NCBI GenBank assembly: GCA_963711565.1 | Contig: CAVQEQ010000003.1 | Span: 1,376,001 to 1,440,000 of the forward strand | From: an uncultured delta proteobacterium | GTDB taxonomy: Bacteria; Desulfobacterota; Binatia; Binatales; Binataceae | Direction of reading: 5' to 3' | DNA length: 64,000 nt | Part shown: positions 29,044-38,771 of the stretch, in pieces | Layout: every line of letters begins with the position of its first letter | Position numbering within the stretch: the stretch's first letter is position 1 | Made by a program: the position numbers and the translations under genes | The notes under the pieces: model-generated | Told to the model about the DNA's origin: nothing | The model's input: the letters and a program-made list of their open reading frames with translations, nothing else | The model's database searches: none

Positions 29044-30480
29044 ATGGCGACGACGATCACGAGCGAATGTATCAACTGCGGAGCGTGCGAGCCGGAGTGT
29101 CCTAACACGGCGATCTACGCGGGCGGAGTGCCGTGGGAGCTTAACGGCACGCCGGGCGCCGCAATCGCGCAAGACATTTATTACATCGTGCCGTCGAAGT
29201 GCACCGAATGCGTCGGCTTCCACGACCATGAAGCGTGTGCGGCGGTATGCCCGGTAGATTGCTGTATTCCCGATCCCGCAAACTTGGAGACCGAAGGCGT
29301 GTTGCTCGCGCGTGCGCGCGAGTTGCATCCTGAGACGACTTTTCCCGACGATGCGCCGTCGCGCTTTCGCAAGGAAGGCGCCGCACCCGCGGCGAACGGC
29401 GCGGAAGCGGCGACCAACGGCGCCGCATTCGCAGCCAAGCCTGCACCGGCCGCAGCACCCAAGCCTGCGGCGGCTCCCGCGGCGGCAGCGTCGGCAACCC
29501 CTGCGCCCGCGGCGGCGGCTGGACTCGCAATGATGCATCTGCCGAAGGACATCGGAGCGCTGCCCGGCCCGGTCGGCGAGAAGCATTTCCCCGGCGAGCT
29601 CGACAGTGATTTCGATACTGTGCTCGCGTCGGTCGATGCGTCGCCGGTTCGCACCGCGCCCGCGCCGGTGCAAATCGCGTTTCGGCTGGCGGAGCCGGTT
29701 CTCGGCGCGATGCCCGACGGCGTGAAGGCAGACCTTGAGCATGCGGTGGGCACCACCGGAGGATTTTCGCGAATCCGCTCGACCGCACTCAACATGATCC
29801 TCAACCTGATTCTGTATCCAGCCATCCTGACCGCGTTCTCGGTTGAAGTCCTCGGCGACGGCCTGTTTTCTCAGCACACCGGCGGATGGATCATGCTCGG
29901 CCTACTGATTGCCGCGGGCGAGGCCGCGTGGCGCCTGCGCGAGGGCGTGATTCACGCCAAGCCCGCGCATGAGCTGACGTATCGTGGATGCTGGTACGGG
30001 CTCGCGCTCGCGCCGCTTGGATTGATTCTCGTGCGCGCTGGTGGAGCGGGCCGGAAAACCGAGCGCAAGGTGGCCTTCGACGGTTTCGAGGGCACGATGC
30101 ATGAGGACAAAACCGAGCGCGATCGCCGCTACGGCACCGTTTACACCGTTGCCGAATATGCGAACGCATACCTGGTGCGGCTCGAGATGCCGCGCAAGCT
30201 GCCGCCGTCGTCGCTCAAGCGCTTGTGGAATCTGCCGGACGAGATGCCGGACTACGACTACAACGTCATGCTTGGCGACAACGTTATTGCGATCAGCGCG
30301 AGCGTGCGCGGCGAGACGATCCGCCGGCTGTCCTACGTCTCGTCGTCGTTCCCGGCAGACTTCACTACGCGAATCGAGTTCGGCAAGCCGGTCAGTGGGT
30401 TCAAGCATCGGATGCGCGACAAAGTGCTCGAGGTGATCGTCCTCAAGGCGGAAGCGGGCCAGTTCCAGCACGCCGCCTGA
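29044..30480 (+). CDS. YfhL-family 2x[4Fe-4S] ferredoxin fused to a membrane domain and an Hsp20/alpha-crystallin-like C-terminal domain
   Basis: Ferredoxin motifs 'CINCGACEPECP' and 'CTECVGFHDHEACAAVCPVDCC', an Ala/Pro linker, three hydrophobic segments and a C-terminal beta pattern ending 'KVLEVIVLK'. Confidence 0.8.
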   Translation: MATTITSECINCGACEPECPNTAIYAGGVPWELNGTPGAAIAQDIYYIVPSKCTECVGFHDHEACAAVCPVDCCIPDPANLETEGVLLARARELHPETTFPDDAPSRFRKEGAAPAANGAEAATNGAAFAAKPAPAAAPKPAAAPAAAASATPAPAAAAGLAMMHLPKDIGALPGPVGEKHFPGELDSDFDTVLASVDASPVRTAPAPVQIAFRLAEPVLGAMPDGVKADLEHAVGTTGGFSRIRSTALNMILNLILYPAILTAFSVEVLGDGLFSQHTGGWIMLGLLIAAGEAAWRLREGVIHAKPAHELTYRGCWYGLALAPLGLILVRAGGAGRKTERKVAFDGFEGTMHEDKTERDRRYGTVYTVAEYANAYLVRLEMPRKLPPSSLKRLWNLPDEMPDYDYNVMLGDNVIAISASVRGETIRRLSYVSSSFPADFTTRIEFGKPVSGFKHRMRDKVLEVIVLKAEAGQFQHAA

Positions 30481-30547
30481 AGACTCTTCAAGAGCTTAAA
30501 CCGGCGAGAATCGCGACGCCGAGACAGTGCAGTTGAGTTTGGTTGAG

Positions 30548-30997
30548 ATGGCGATCCAGATTCAGGACGCCACAGCTCGCGACCTGCCTCGTATCATCGA
30601 GATCGAGCGGCTCGCCTTCCCTGCTCCGTGGACGCCGGCGTCCTTTCAGCGTGAACTGACCCTGCCATTCTCTCGCATCATGTTGGCGATCCCCGATGAC
30701 GGCGGCGTCTCGATTGCCGGCTTTCTGTGCAGGTGGCTGATTGCCGACGAATGCCACATCCTCAACATCGCGGTCCACCCCGACTCGCGCCGGCTCGGAA
30801 TCGGGACGGTGTTGATGACAGAAGCAATAAACGAGTCAAAAACGACCGGGGCTAACGTGATTACGCTGGAAGTTCGCCGCTCAAATCTGGCTGCCAGGCA
30901 GCTTTATCGGAAGTTTGAGTTTGAAGAACGACGTTTGAGACGGCATTACTACGGCCCGGGAGAAGACGCTATCATCATGGAGCTTCGGTTCGACTGA
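30548..30997 (+). CDS. rimI: Ribosomal-protein N-acetyltransferase RimI
   Basis: Motifs 'IERLAFPAPW', 'HILNIAVHP..RRLGIG', 'LEVRRSN..A..LY' and 'YYGPGEDA'. Confidence 0.9.
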   Translation: MAIQIQDATARDLPRIIEIERLAFPAPWTPASFQRELTLPFSRIMLAIPDDGGVSIAGFLCRWLIADECHILNIAVHPDSRRLGIGTVLMTEAINESKTTGANVITLEVRRSNLAARQLYRKFEFEERRLRRHYYGPGEDAIIMELRFD

Positions 30998-31202
30998 CCT
31001 CTTTCGGCCATTAATTTCTAACACTGTTCTATTCGCCCTAACTTTCAGTTTCTTTTCGAGAGCGGGGGTTACAAATCAAGTAATTTTGTGGCATAATGGC
31101 ATTCACATTCAAGGCTGATCGGATTGGTGATGAACCCATGAACTGCGCGGTCATCAACCCACGTCCGAAATCCATGGCCTGCCATCGAGTGCCATAACCG
31201 CG

Positions 31203-31697
31203 ATGAGTTTGCCGTTCAAGAAAGGTGAAAAGGTGGTTTACCCCGCCCATGGGGTTGCCGTAATCGAAGACATCCAGATGCGGGTCATTTCCGGGACCGA
31301 GCGACGCTTTTATATGCTGCGGATTCTCGGCACCGAAAAGATGACCATCATGATTCCGACGGAGAACGTCGAATCGGTCGGACTGCGGCGCGTAATCGGC
31401 AAAGATATGGTGGAGAAAATCTATCGTATCCTGCGTCAGCGCAAGGTCGAGGTCGATACGCAAACGTGGAACCGCCGCTACCGCGAATATACCGAAAAGA
31501 TCAAGACTGGCTCTCCGCTCGAGATTGCCAAGGTGCTGCGCGATTTGCTGGTGCTCAAGAGCGACAAGGAATTGTCGTTCGGCGAGCGCAAGATGCTCGA
31601 CACGGCGCGATCCTTGCTCGTCAAGGAACTGTCGATCGCCAAGGCTCATCCAGAAGAAAAAATCATGGAAGAGCTGAAGATGATCTTCGCGAACTAG
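31203..31697 (+). CDS. carD: CarD family transcription regulator
   Basis: Motifs 'FKKGEKVVYPAHGV', 'WNRRYRE..EKIKTG' and 'LSFGERKML'. Confidence 0.95.
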   Translation: MSLPFKKGEKVVYPAHGVAVIEDIQMRVISGTERRFYMLRILGTEKMTIMIPTENVESVGLRRVIGKDMVEKIYRILRQRKVEVDTQTWNRRYREYTEKIKTGSPLEIAKVLRDLLVLKSDKELSFGERKMLDTARSLLVKELSIAKAHPEEKIMEELKMIFAN

Positions 31698-31728
31698 CCG
31701 CCGCGACCTATCCACAGCTGTGAATTGA

Positions 31729-32574
31729 ATGTCGGACGTAAGTCTGGATCTCGATACCGCCGATCTTGCGGAGCGCTATGAACGGATCAGCGCGGATCGG
31801 CAATTCCGCGGCGGGCAGGAGCTGCTCCGGGAGTTGGCGCTCGTCCCGGGCGAGACGGTGCTCGACATTGGATGCGGGACCGGGATGCTGGCGGAGTATG
31901 CGGCGAGTCTGGTTGGTCCGGCGGGTTCGGTCATCGGGATCGATCCGCTGCCGCTTCGCATTGAGATCGCGAAAAAGCGCGGCACGGCCAATCTGAGCTT
32001 CAAGGTTGGCAATGCCTACGACCTGGGCGAAGTTGCCGCCGACAGTTTCAACGTCGTGTACATGAACGCGGTCTTTCACTGGCTGCCGGAAAAGTCTGCC
32101 CCGCTCCGCGCGGTCCTCCACGCGCTGAAACCGGGCGGCCGGTTCGGCCTCACCACCGTGTCCCCCGAGAGGGCCGCGAACTGGCTCCACGTGATCAGGC
32201 AACGAGTGCTCGCGCGCGAGCCCTACAGCAAATATCCCGAGGCACAGGGTAGCCAGAACTATCGCGTCAGCCGCGACGAGATAGAGAAGCTGCTGTTGGA
32301 GAACGGCTTCGCGGTCGCGAAGCTGGAAACGCGCGTGAGCGTCAGAAACGCGTCGGCGCGCGGCCAATGGACGATCGAGGGCGCAATCGATTTCGCCGAG
32401 GCAAGCTCGTTCGGCAATTTTCTCGGACATCTGCCGCAGGAGTTGCAGGCGCCGGCGCGCGAAGATATCAAGCGCGAGCTCGAGAGCATCCGGGCGCGGC
32501 GCAAGCCCGACGACGTTGCACGCGAAAATACCCCGAGCCGCGGCCGCATCATCGCGGTCGCAACCAAACCCTAG
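31729..32574 (+). CDS. Class I SAM-dependent methyltransferase
   Basis: Motifs 'VLDIGCGTG', 'NAVFHW' and 'LKPGG'. Confidence 0.9.
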   Translation: MSDVSLDLDTADLAERYERISADRQFRGGQELLRELALVPGETVLDIGCGTGMLAEYAASLVGPAGSVIGIDPLPLRIEIAKKRGTANLSFKVGNAYDLGEVAADSFNVVYMNAVFHWLPEKSAPLRAVLHALKPGGRFGLTTVSPERAANWLHVIRQRVLAREPYSKYPEAQGSQNYRVSRDEIEKLLLENGFAVAKLETRVSVRNASARGQWTIEGAIDFAEASSFGNFLGHLPQELQAPAREDIKRELESIRARRKPDDVARENTPSRGRIIAVATKP

Positions 32575-32651
32575 CTGCCTCTGCTCGCGACCGAGGCCGG
32601 AATCGTTCCCGGTCTTTTCTTTTGAAGATTCCTTGTGCGACTCTCGCTGCC

Positions 32652-33992
32652 ATGGCGAAACAGGGAATCCTCACGCTCGCGGCAATTTTCCTGCTGGAGG
32701 CGTTTATGCCCGGATTGCATCCGGCCAATGCAAGCACGGACAGCCGAGTGGACGAATTGTTCACCGCGCTTCGCGACCGCAGGTTCACCAAGGCGACGGA
32801 ACATTTCGATCCCACGATGAAGCAGGGGCTGTCCGCCGATCAGCTCCAGACGGTGTGGCTTCAGATCGTTGCCACCGAAGGCAACCTCGAGAAGTGGAAA
32901 ATCATCCAGCGCGGCGAAATGTCGGGCATCAACGTGGTCGGCGTCGAGCTGACTTTCGAGCACGGCAAGCTGCTGTCCACCGTGTCGGTCAGGCCGCAGA
33001 CCGACGAGATAGCGGGCCTCTACTTCAGACCGCTGCCAACCGAGCCAGGCGCATCGTTGTCGCCGGCGACCTTGCCGCCGTATGCTGACGCGGTGAAGTT
33101 TCATGCTGAAGCGGTGACCGTCGGCGAAAATCCGTGGAAGCTGCCGGGCATCCTGACTATTCCAAACGGTAGCGGGCCGTTCCCCGCGATCGTGCTGCTG
33201 GCTGGATCGGGACCGCAAGATCGCGACGAGACGATCGGCCCCAATCACATCTTCAAAGATCTCGCGGAAGGGTTGAGCACGCGCGGAATCGTTGTGCTCC
33301 GATACGACAAGCGCACTTATGCGTACCATACTCTCGATCCGCAGAAGGTCACGGTGGAGGAAGAAGTAATCGACGACGGCGTTGCGGCGGTGCGGCTACT
33401 GCGCGCGCGGCGCGAAGTGGAGCGGGACCGGATATTCGTCGTCGGACACAGCCTTGGCGCGATGCTAACTCCGGAAGTCGCCAAAAAAGCCTGGCCGGTT
33501 GCGGGAATCGTGCTGCTCGCGCCGGTCGGACGCAAACTGCCCGCCGTGGTCGTGCAGCAGATGCGGTATCTCGGCCAGGCGTCGCCAGATCAACTGGCGC
33601 TGATCGAGCGGCAGGCTGACGAAATCTCGGCCCACAAGATGCCGCCCGCGCAATATTGGCTCGGCGCGCCCGCGTCATACTACTACGACCTCGATGCGCG
33701 CGACGAGGTCGCGATAGCGCGTAGTCTCAACGTCCCGATCCTGATTCTGCACGGCGGGCGCGATTACCAGGTGATCGACGAGGATATACGCATCTGGCAG
33801 AAGGGCCTTAAGGGCGACGCGAAGGTACAGGTCGATACGTTTCCCTCGCTCAATCATCTGTTCATCGCGGGCGCCGGCAAGCCGGGGCCGGCCGAGTACG
33901 AAACGCCGGGTCATGTTGACGTCGCGGTGATCGGAACGGTCGCAAGCTTCATCGCAAACGCCGCCGGCACGACGACCGCGCGCGGTGAGTAG
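32652..33992 (+). CDS. Secreted alpha/beta hydrolase with a DUF3887-like N-terminal domain
   Basis: Signal peptide; motifs 'GSGPQDRDETIGPN', 'RYDKR', nucleophile 'GHSLG', 'GGRDYQV' and 'LNHLF'. Confidence 0.88.
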   Translation: MAKQGILTLAAIFLLEAFMPGLHPANASTDSRVDELFTALRDRRFTKATEHFDPTMKQGLSADQLQTVWLQIVATEGNLEKWKIIQRGEMSGINVVGVELTFEHGKLLSTVSVRPQTDEIAGLYFRPLPTEPGASLSPATLPPYADAVKFHAEAVTVGENPWKLPGILTIPNGSGPFPAIVLLAGSGPQDRDETIGPNHIFKDLAEGLSTRGIVVLRYDKRTYAYHTLDPQKVTVEEEVIDDGVAAVRLLRARREVERDRIFVVGHSLGAMLTPEVAKKAWPVAGIVLLAPVGRKLPAVVVQQMRYLGQASPDQLALIERQADEISAHKMPPAQYWLGAPASYYYDLDARDEVAIARSLNVPILILHGGRDYQVIDEDIRIWQKGLKGDAKVQVDTFPSLNHLFIAGAGKPGPAEYETPGHVDVAVIGTVASFIANAAGTTTARGE

Positions 33993-34012
33993 TCGCGTCA
34001 AGGGGCGTCGAA

Positions 34013-34702
34013 TTGAAAGCATCGGCAATAATAGTCGCGGCGGGCAGCGGCGTGCGGCTTGGGTCGAGTGTGCCCAAGGCGTTCGTGAAGATCGGCGGCC
34101 GCACGATGCTCTCCTATTCGCTCGTCACAGTTCGGCAGATCGATTCGATTAGCGAAGTTGTGATCGCGATTCCGAATGGATTCGAAAATGCTGCGCGCGC
34201 CGAAGTCGCCGCGGCCCGGCTTGGCGTGCCGGTCAAGATTACGCCGGGCGGAATCGAGCGCCAGGACTCGGTTCGAATCGCGCTGGAACTCACGAGCGCG
34301 GAAAGCGAGCTTGTGATCGTGCATGACGCCGCGCGCCCGCTGGCGACGCCGGCAATTTTCGAGGCGTGTCTAAGCGCGGCGGCCCGCGCCGGCGGCGCGA
34401 TCGCCGCGGTACCAGTGTCCGACACTCTGAAACGCATCGTGGACGGCGCGATCAGCGCGACCGTCGCGCGGGCGGGGTTATGGCAAGCGCAAACTCCGCA
34501 GGCATTTCGCCGCGACTTGCTGGTTGCGGCGCATCGGCGCGCCGTCAGGGAGGGAATCGTCGCGACCGATGACGCGGACCTGGTCGAACGAACGGGAGCG
34601 CGCGTCGAAGTGGTCGAAGCCTCGACCAACAACATCAAGATCACGACACCGTCCGACCTGGCGATAGTCGAAGCAATCATCGCCGCGCGAATGGTCAACT
34701 AA
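34013..34702 (+). CDS. ispD: 2-C-methyl-D-erythritol 4-phosphate cytidylyltransferase
   Basis: Motifs 'AAGSGVRLG..PK', 'GG.ERQDSV', 'VHDAARP', 'QTPQAF' and 'NIKITTPSDL'. Confidence 0.95.
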   Translation: MKASAIIVAAGSGVRLGSSVPKAFVKIGGRTMLSYSLVTVRQIDSISEVVIAIPNGFENAARAEVAAARLGVPVKITPGGIERQDSVRIALELTSAESELVIVHDAARPLATPAIFEACLSAAARAGGAIAAVPVSDTLKRIVDGAISATVARAGLWQAQTPQAFRRDLLVAAHRRAVREGIVATDDADLVERTGARVEVVEASTNNIKITTPSDLAIVEAIIAARMVN

Positions 34703-34705
34703 TAG

Positions 34706-36700
34706 CTAAGATGAGGTCCGGAGGCGGCGGGTGTCGCCTACTCGGGTCGTAACGCCGATGTGATCGAAGTGATCGAGCAGCGCGATTGCGAACTTGCGCG
34801 ATGCGCCCAGCAGGTCGCGGAATGTCGCAGCGGTGATTTCCGGGTGAGTCGCGAGATATTCGACCAGGCGATCCTTTGCGGTGTCGGCGGCGGCGCGGCT
34901 GAAATACAGATCGGTGGCTATTTTCATGACGCGACCCTCACGCTCCATCGCGAGCAGCACGGTTCTTAGATGAGGGAGCTGCCCGGAGGGAATTTTCAAA
35001 GCCTCGGCCAGCTGCTTGAGATCCGGGGGCTGGAATTCTGCGCGCGTCAGCGCGGCTTCGATTTTTCCACCGAGCGTTTCGGCGTCACCGCCTAGTTGCA
35101 CGCGATGACTTTTCAAGCGCAGCACACTTTCCTCGCGCACAATTTCTGACTCATGGCTGAGGCGATCGACGATCGGGCGGAACGCGCGCGCGCCGATTTC
35201 GTAGGGCAGCCGCGTGCGCAGCGCTTCCATCTCGAGGCCCGGCGATAGCGGCTCGGTTTTGTGGTGCACTGCGAGCTCGTCGAGCGCGAAGCGTTTGAGC
35301 GCATCCCGTCTGGTGCGCGTGGTGAAAGCTTCTTCGTCGCCGACTGACAGCTTAATGAAGCGCTGCGCTTCGCGAAGCGCTACTTCGGCCTCCGCGTCGG
35401 GGATGTTCATGAGGGTTGCGATGCTTGTCGTGCCGAGCGCGAAACTTTCCTGCAGATTGATCAATGCTTCGAGCGCATTGCCGCCGGACGAATCCTTGAG
35501 CGTGCGGAGATTGGCGCGATAGGACTCGATCGGCTTGCGGACGCGGCGCCCCAGCGGATTCAACACGATGCCGCCGCCGAGAGTGCGCGAATTGGTTTCG
35601 TCGCGGATGACGAAGCGGTCGCCCGCCAGCGCGACGACAGGGTCCTCGGTCACGAGTTGCACGAGACCAGCGGCTTTGGGCGCGATCGAATAGTGGAGCG
35701 GGCCGCCGTGCCCGCTCTCTTCAGCGGCGGGCACGGCGGCCCGCCCCACTACTCCTGCCTCCTCGAGCACGATCGCACGCGCGATGGTCTCGGCAGTACC
35801 GATGAACAGTCGCACACGGGTGTTGTTCTTGAGCGCGCGCTTGGCGGCGGGACGAATCTCGAGCCATGCGTCGAAGCGCGAGGTCGCGGCGTCGAGCCGC
35901 TCGTCGGCCAGCACGTCGCCGCGGGAGAGATCCAGCTTTTCGGCGCCGGTGAGATTGAGCGCGACGCGCTGGCATAGACCGGCGCTCTCGACCGGGTCCG
36001 AATGCACCTGGATCGAACGCACGCGCACCTCGCTTCCCGACGGGAGCACGCGGAGCTTGTCGCCGACGCGCACCTCGGCGCCCATCGCAGTGCCGGTCAC
36101 GACGATGCCGTGTCCTTTGATGACGAACGCGCGGTCGAGTGGCAGCCGGAAGATGCCGGTGGCGCGCCGCGCCTGGAAGCCGTCGAGCTGTCGGACGATC
36201 TCGGCGCGTAACTGGTCGAGCCCCATGCCGGTGATCGACGAGACCTCGATGACCGGCGCGCCGGCGAGCGTGGTGCCGTCTGCCAGCAGTTCGATTTCAT
36301 CGCGCACGTCGCGGATGCGCGCGGCGTCGGCAAGGTCAGCTTTGGTGATCACGAAGATGCCGCGGCGCGTGCCGAGCAGATGCAGGATGTCGAGATGCTC
36401 CTCGGTCTGCGGCATCACGCCGTCGTCGGCAGCGACGGTGAACAGCACGAGATCGATCCCGTGTGCGCCGGCGAGCATATTGCGGATGAAGCGCTCGTGG
36501 CCGGGGACGTCGACGACGCCGGCGCGAGTGCCGTCGGGCAGTGTGAAGTAGGCGAAGCCGAGGTCGATGGAAATCCCGCGCTCCTTTTCCTCCTTGAGGC
36601 GATCGGTGTCCTGTCCCGTGAGCGCCCTGATCAGCGCGGTCTTGCCGTGATCGATATGGCCGGCGGTGCCGATGATGGCGTGAGTGGTGGGAGAAGCCAT
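34706..36700 (-). CDS. selB: Selenocysteine-specific translation elongation factor
   Basis: Motifs '[12 protein letters not shown]', '[19 protein letters not shown]' and '[13 protein letters not shown]'; C-terminal winged-helix motif '[28 protein letters not shown]'. Confidence 0.96.
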   Translation of the reverse strand: MASPTTHAIIGTAGHIDHGKTALIRALTGQDTDRLKEEKERGISIDLGFAYFTLPDGTRAGVVDVPGHERFIRNMLAGAHGIDLVLFTVAADDGVMPQTEEHLDILHLLGTRRGIFVITKADLADAARIRDVRDEIELLADGTTLAGAPVIEVSSITGMGLDQLRAEIVRQLDGFQARRATGIFRLPLDRAFVIKGHGIVVTGTAMGAEVRVGDKLRVLPSGSEVRVRSIQVHSDPVESAGLCQRVALNLTGAEKLDLSRGDVLADERLDAATSRFDAWLEIRPAAKRALKNNTRVRLFIGTAETIARAIVLEEAGVVGRAAVPAAEESGHGGPLHYSIAPKAAGLVQLVTEDPVVALAGDRFVIRDETNSRTLGGGIVLNPLGRRVRKPIESYRANLRTLKDSSGGNALEALINLQESFALGTTSIATLMNIPDAEAEVALREAQRFIKLSVGDEEAFTTRTRRDALKRFALDELAVHHKTEPLSPGLEMEALRTRLPYEIGARAFRPIVDRLSHESEIVREESVLRLKSHRVQLGGDAETLGGKIEAALTRAEFQPPDLKQLAEALKIPSGQLPHLRTVLLAMEREGRVMKIATDLYFSRAAADTAKDRLVEYLATHPEITAATFRDLLGASRKFAIALLDHFDHIGVTTRVGDTRRLRTSS
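35690..35752. repeat. 63-bp REP/MITE-like palindrome inserted in frame within selB
   Basis: 25-bp arms with one mismatch and an 11-nt loop; GTAG end on the minus strand; encodes 21 extra aa. Confidence 0.8.
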
Positions 36701-36764
36701 CGTGGTGCGAATGTTATACTGCTCGGCGCGTGAGCCAAAGCGCGGATCGTGAAAGGGGAAGGGA

Positions 36765-37889
36765 GTGGGAAAGGCAACACGGGGACTTTGGATTTTCGGA
36801 CTAACTGCGATCGCGCTCGGTGGCTGCGGTGGCGCGCAGAATCGGCAGTCTATGCTTCCGACGGCGCAGATTGCGGCGCCGCTCAAGCTCTGTCCATCCG
36901 CGACCGCGCCGCCGAACGACCTTCTCGCCAACCCCGGCTTCATACAATTCGCGGTCTCGGTAACGGACTCGACGGGTAAGCCGGTCACCGGTCTGAAGCA
37001 ATCGGATTTCGCAGCTCACGAGGGCGGTCAAATTCTGCCGATTCAGTACTTTCATGAGGAGCCCGACGGCGCGCCAACGTCGATCGTCATCGTCATGGAC
37101 TTATCGGTATACATGGCCACCGGACTGGTCCCCCATCTGCGCAAAGTCGAAGCGGTTCAAAAAATGCTGCCTGGCGCGGTGAACAAGCTGAATGGGTGCG
37201 ACGAAATTGCGATATTGGTGTTTGGCGGCAACGAGTTTGCGGACGAGCATGCTAGCAGCCAAACGCTGAATCCTGGCGCTTACGAGGACCCTCATCCAAC
37301 ACCGATCAGGCTGATACAGCCCTTTACGACCGACCATCAACTGGCGCTGATGCGTCTGGAGTATCGGACAGCAACCGGGCTTGCGCCGCTATACGACGGG
37401 ATCCAACAAGGACTGAACGTACTGGAGTCGGCTCATTATCAGAATCGCGCGCTGATCGTTATTACCAATGGAGCGGACGACGCGAGCGAGGTCGAAAAGG
37501 AGGACCTGATCGCCAGCATCAACCAGAGCCGTGTGCCGCTTTACGCGATCGAACTTGGCAAACCCAACGCCCCCGCCTTCCGTAGTCCTCCTACCATGGT
37601 GATTCTCCCATATCCGATTCCCATCAAGATTGGAGACAGCCCACTCGTCGATACAGGAACGCTCGTGAAGCTGACGGCGCCGAACGGCGGCCAGTTGTTA
37701 ATCGTTCCGCACCCGACGTACGACCCCGCCGTGACGCTGAATGACGAGCTCAATTCGACGGTGACGGCTCTCAACCACGGGTACTCGATCGGAGTAGTCG
37801 CGCCCTCGGGAGCGGCGCGCCCCGAGATTGTCCTTGCGAACCGACCTCAGATCAGGGTGAGAGCGCACGCGGTTCCCCGCTTGCAATAG
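36765..37889 (+). CDS. VWA-domain lipoprotein
   Basis: Lipobox LGG-C; motifs 'VSVTD..GKPVTGL.Q.DF', degenerate MIDAS 'VMDLSVYM', 'LYDGI' and 'LIVITNGADD'. Confidence 0.8.
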   Translation: MGKATRGLWIFGLTAIALGGCGGAQNRQSMLPTAQIAAPLKLCPSATAPPNDLLANPGFIQFAVSVTDSTGKPVTGLKQSDFAAHEGGQILPIQYFHEEPDGAPTSIVIVMDLSVYMATGLVPHLRKVEAVQKMLPGAVNKLNGCDEIAILVFGGNEFADEHASSQTLNPGAYEDPHPTPIRLIQPFTTDHQLALMRLEYRTATGLAPLYDGIQQGLNVLESAHYQNRALIVITNGADDASEVEKEDLIASINQSRVPLYAIELGKPNAPAFRSPPTMVILPYPIPIKIGDSPLVDTGTLVKLTAPNGGQLLIVPHPTYDPAVTLNDELNSTVTALNHGYSIGVVAPSGAARPEIVLANRPQIRVRAHAVPRLQ

Positions 37890-37896
37890 TCGGCAG

Positions 37897-38271
37897 CTAC
37901 TGCATCTGCCTGGTGTACATCGCCATATCGAAGTAGTCGCGCCATGCGCTGATCTTCGATCCGGTGATTTCGAACACACCGGCCACTGGTAGCGAGATTG
38001 TTTTCCCGTTGCCAAGGTCGAAGACGTCGATGCGCTCGTTGAAAACCACGTTGCCAGCGCCGGCGGTCTTCAGCACTTTGAAATGCAGCGACTTGGCCAT
38101 CGGCAGGAAGGTGTTGATGACGGCTTTGATCGCTTCTTTGCCCTTGGCGGGTTCGAGCGGGATGTTGTGATAGACGGCGTCGTCGGTGAAGAAGCCGAGC
38201 AGCTCGTCGACGTTCTTGCGCGGCCGTGCGTTGCAGAATTCGGTCACGATTTTTTCAGCATCGGTTGCCAC
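37897..38271 (-). CDS. Limonene-1,2-epoxide hydrolase / SnoaL-like family protein
   Basis: Motifs 'DDAVYHNIP', 'VFNERID', 'LPVAGVFE' and 'WRDYFD'. Confidence 0.85.
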   Translation of the reverse strand: MATDAEKIVTEFCNARPRKNVDELLGFFTDDAVYHNIPLEPAKGKEAIKAVINTFLPMAKSLHFKVLKTAGAGNVVFNERIDVFDLGNGKTISLPVAGVFEITGSKISAWRDYFDMAMYTRQMQ

Positions 38272-38282
38272 TGCGAGTTCTC

Positions 38283-38771
38283 CTATTCGTGGTCGAGATA
38301 AAAGCGGTCCTCGTCCTTGTTATAGCCGAACAGCTCGGCGTAACGCCCCCAGTTCACCATCGTGATGAACTGGCGCTCGGGCTTTTCGCTCGGCAGCAGC
38401 ATCGCAAGGTGTTCGAGCGCGACTTCCTTTGTCAGAGACTTATCCTCCTGGCCGTGAAGGAGGCGGATGAAGTAGCTGAAGAGGCTGTGCTTCTTCAACT
38501 GCTCGCGCAGCATCAGCTTGCGCTCGTTCACGTCGGCCGCGAGAAATTGTTTGCCGAGCGGTTCGAGCACGACGTCGCCGGCCGGAGTTGAGACGAGGCC
38601 GAGGATTTCCGCCGCCTTCATCACCTTGAGCAAATCACCGAATTTGAAATTGAGATCGCGCGCGATTTTGTAGCCGTCTTCGCGCCCGCCGCGATCCTCG
38701 AGCAATTCGAGCAGTCCAAAGACCATCGTCAGGCCGATATCGGGCAGGGGATAGATCGACGCTGGAGACAT
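38283..38771 (-). CDS. Stand-alone AAA-associated C-terminal domain protein of a NitT/TauT-type ABC system
   Basis: Motifs 'GLLELL..GGRED...A..L' and 'NWGRYAELF.Y'; TGATG coupling to the ATPase. Confidence 0.8.
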   Translation of the reverse strand: MSPASIYPLPDIGLTMVFGLLELLEDRGGREDGYKIARDLNFKFGDLLKVMKAAEILGLVSTPAGDVVLEPLGKQFLAADVNERKLMLREQLKKHSLFSYFIRLLHGQEDKSLTKEVALEHLAMLLPSEKPERQFITMVNWGRYAELFGYNKDEDRFYLDHE

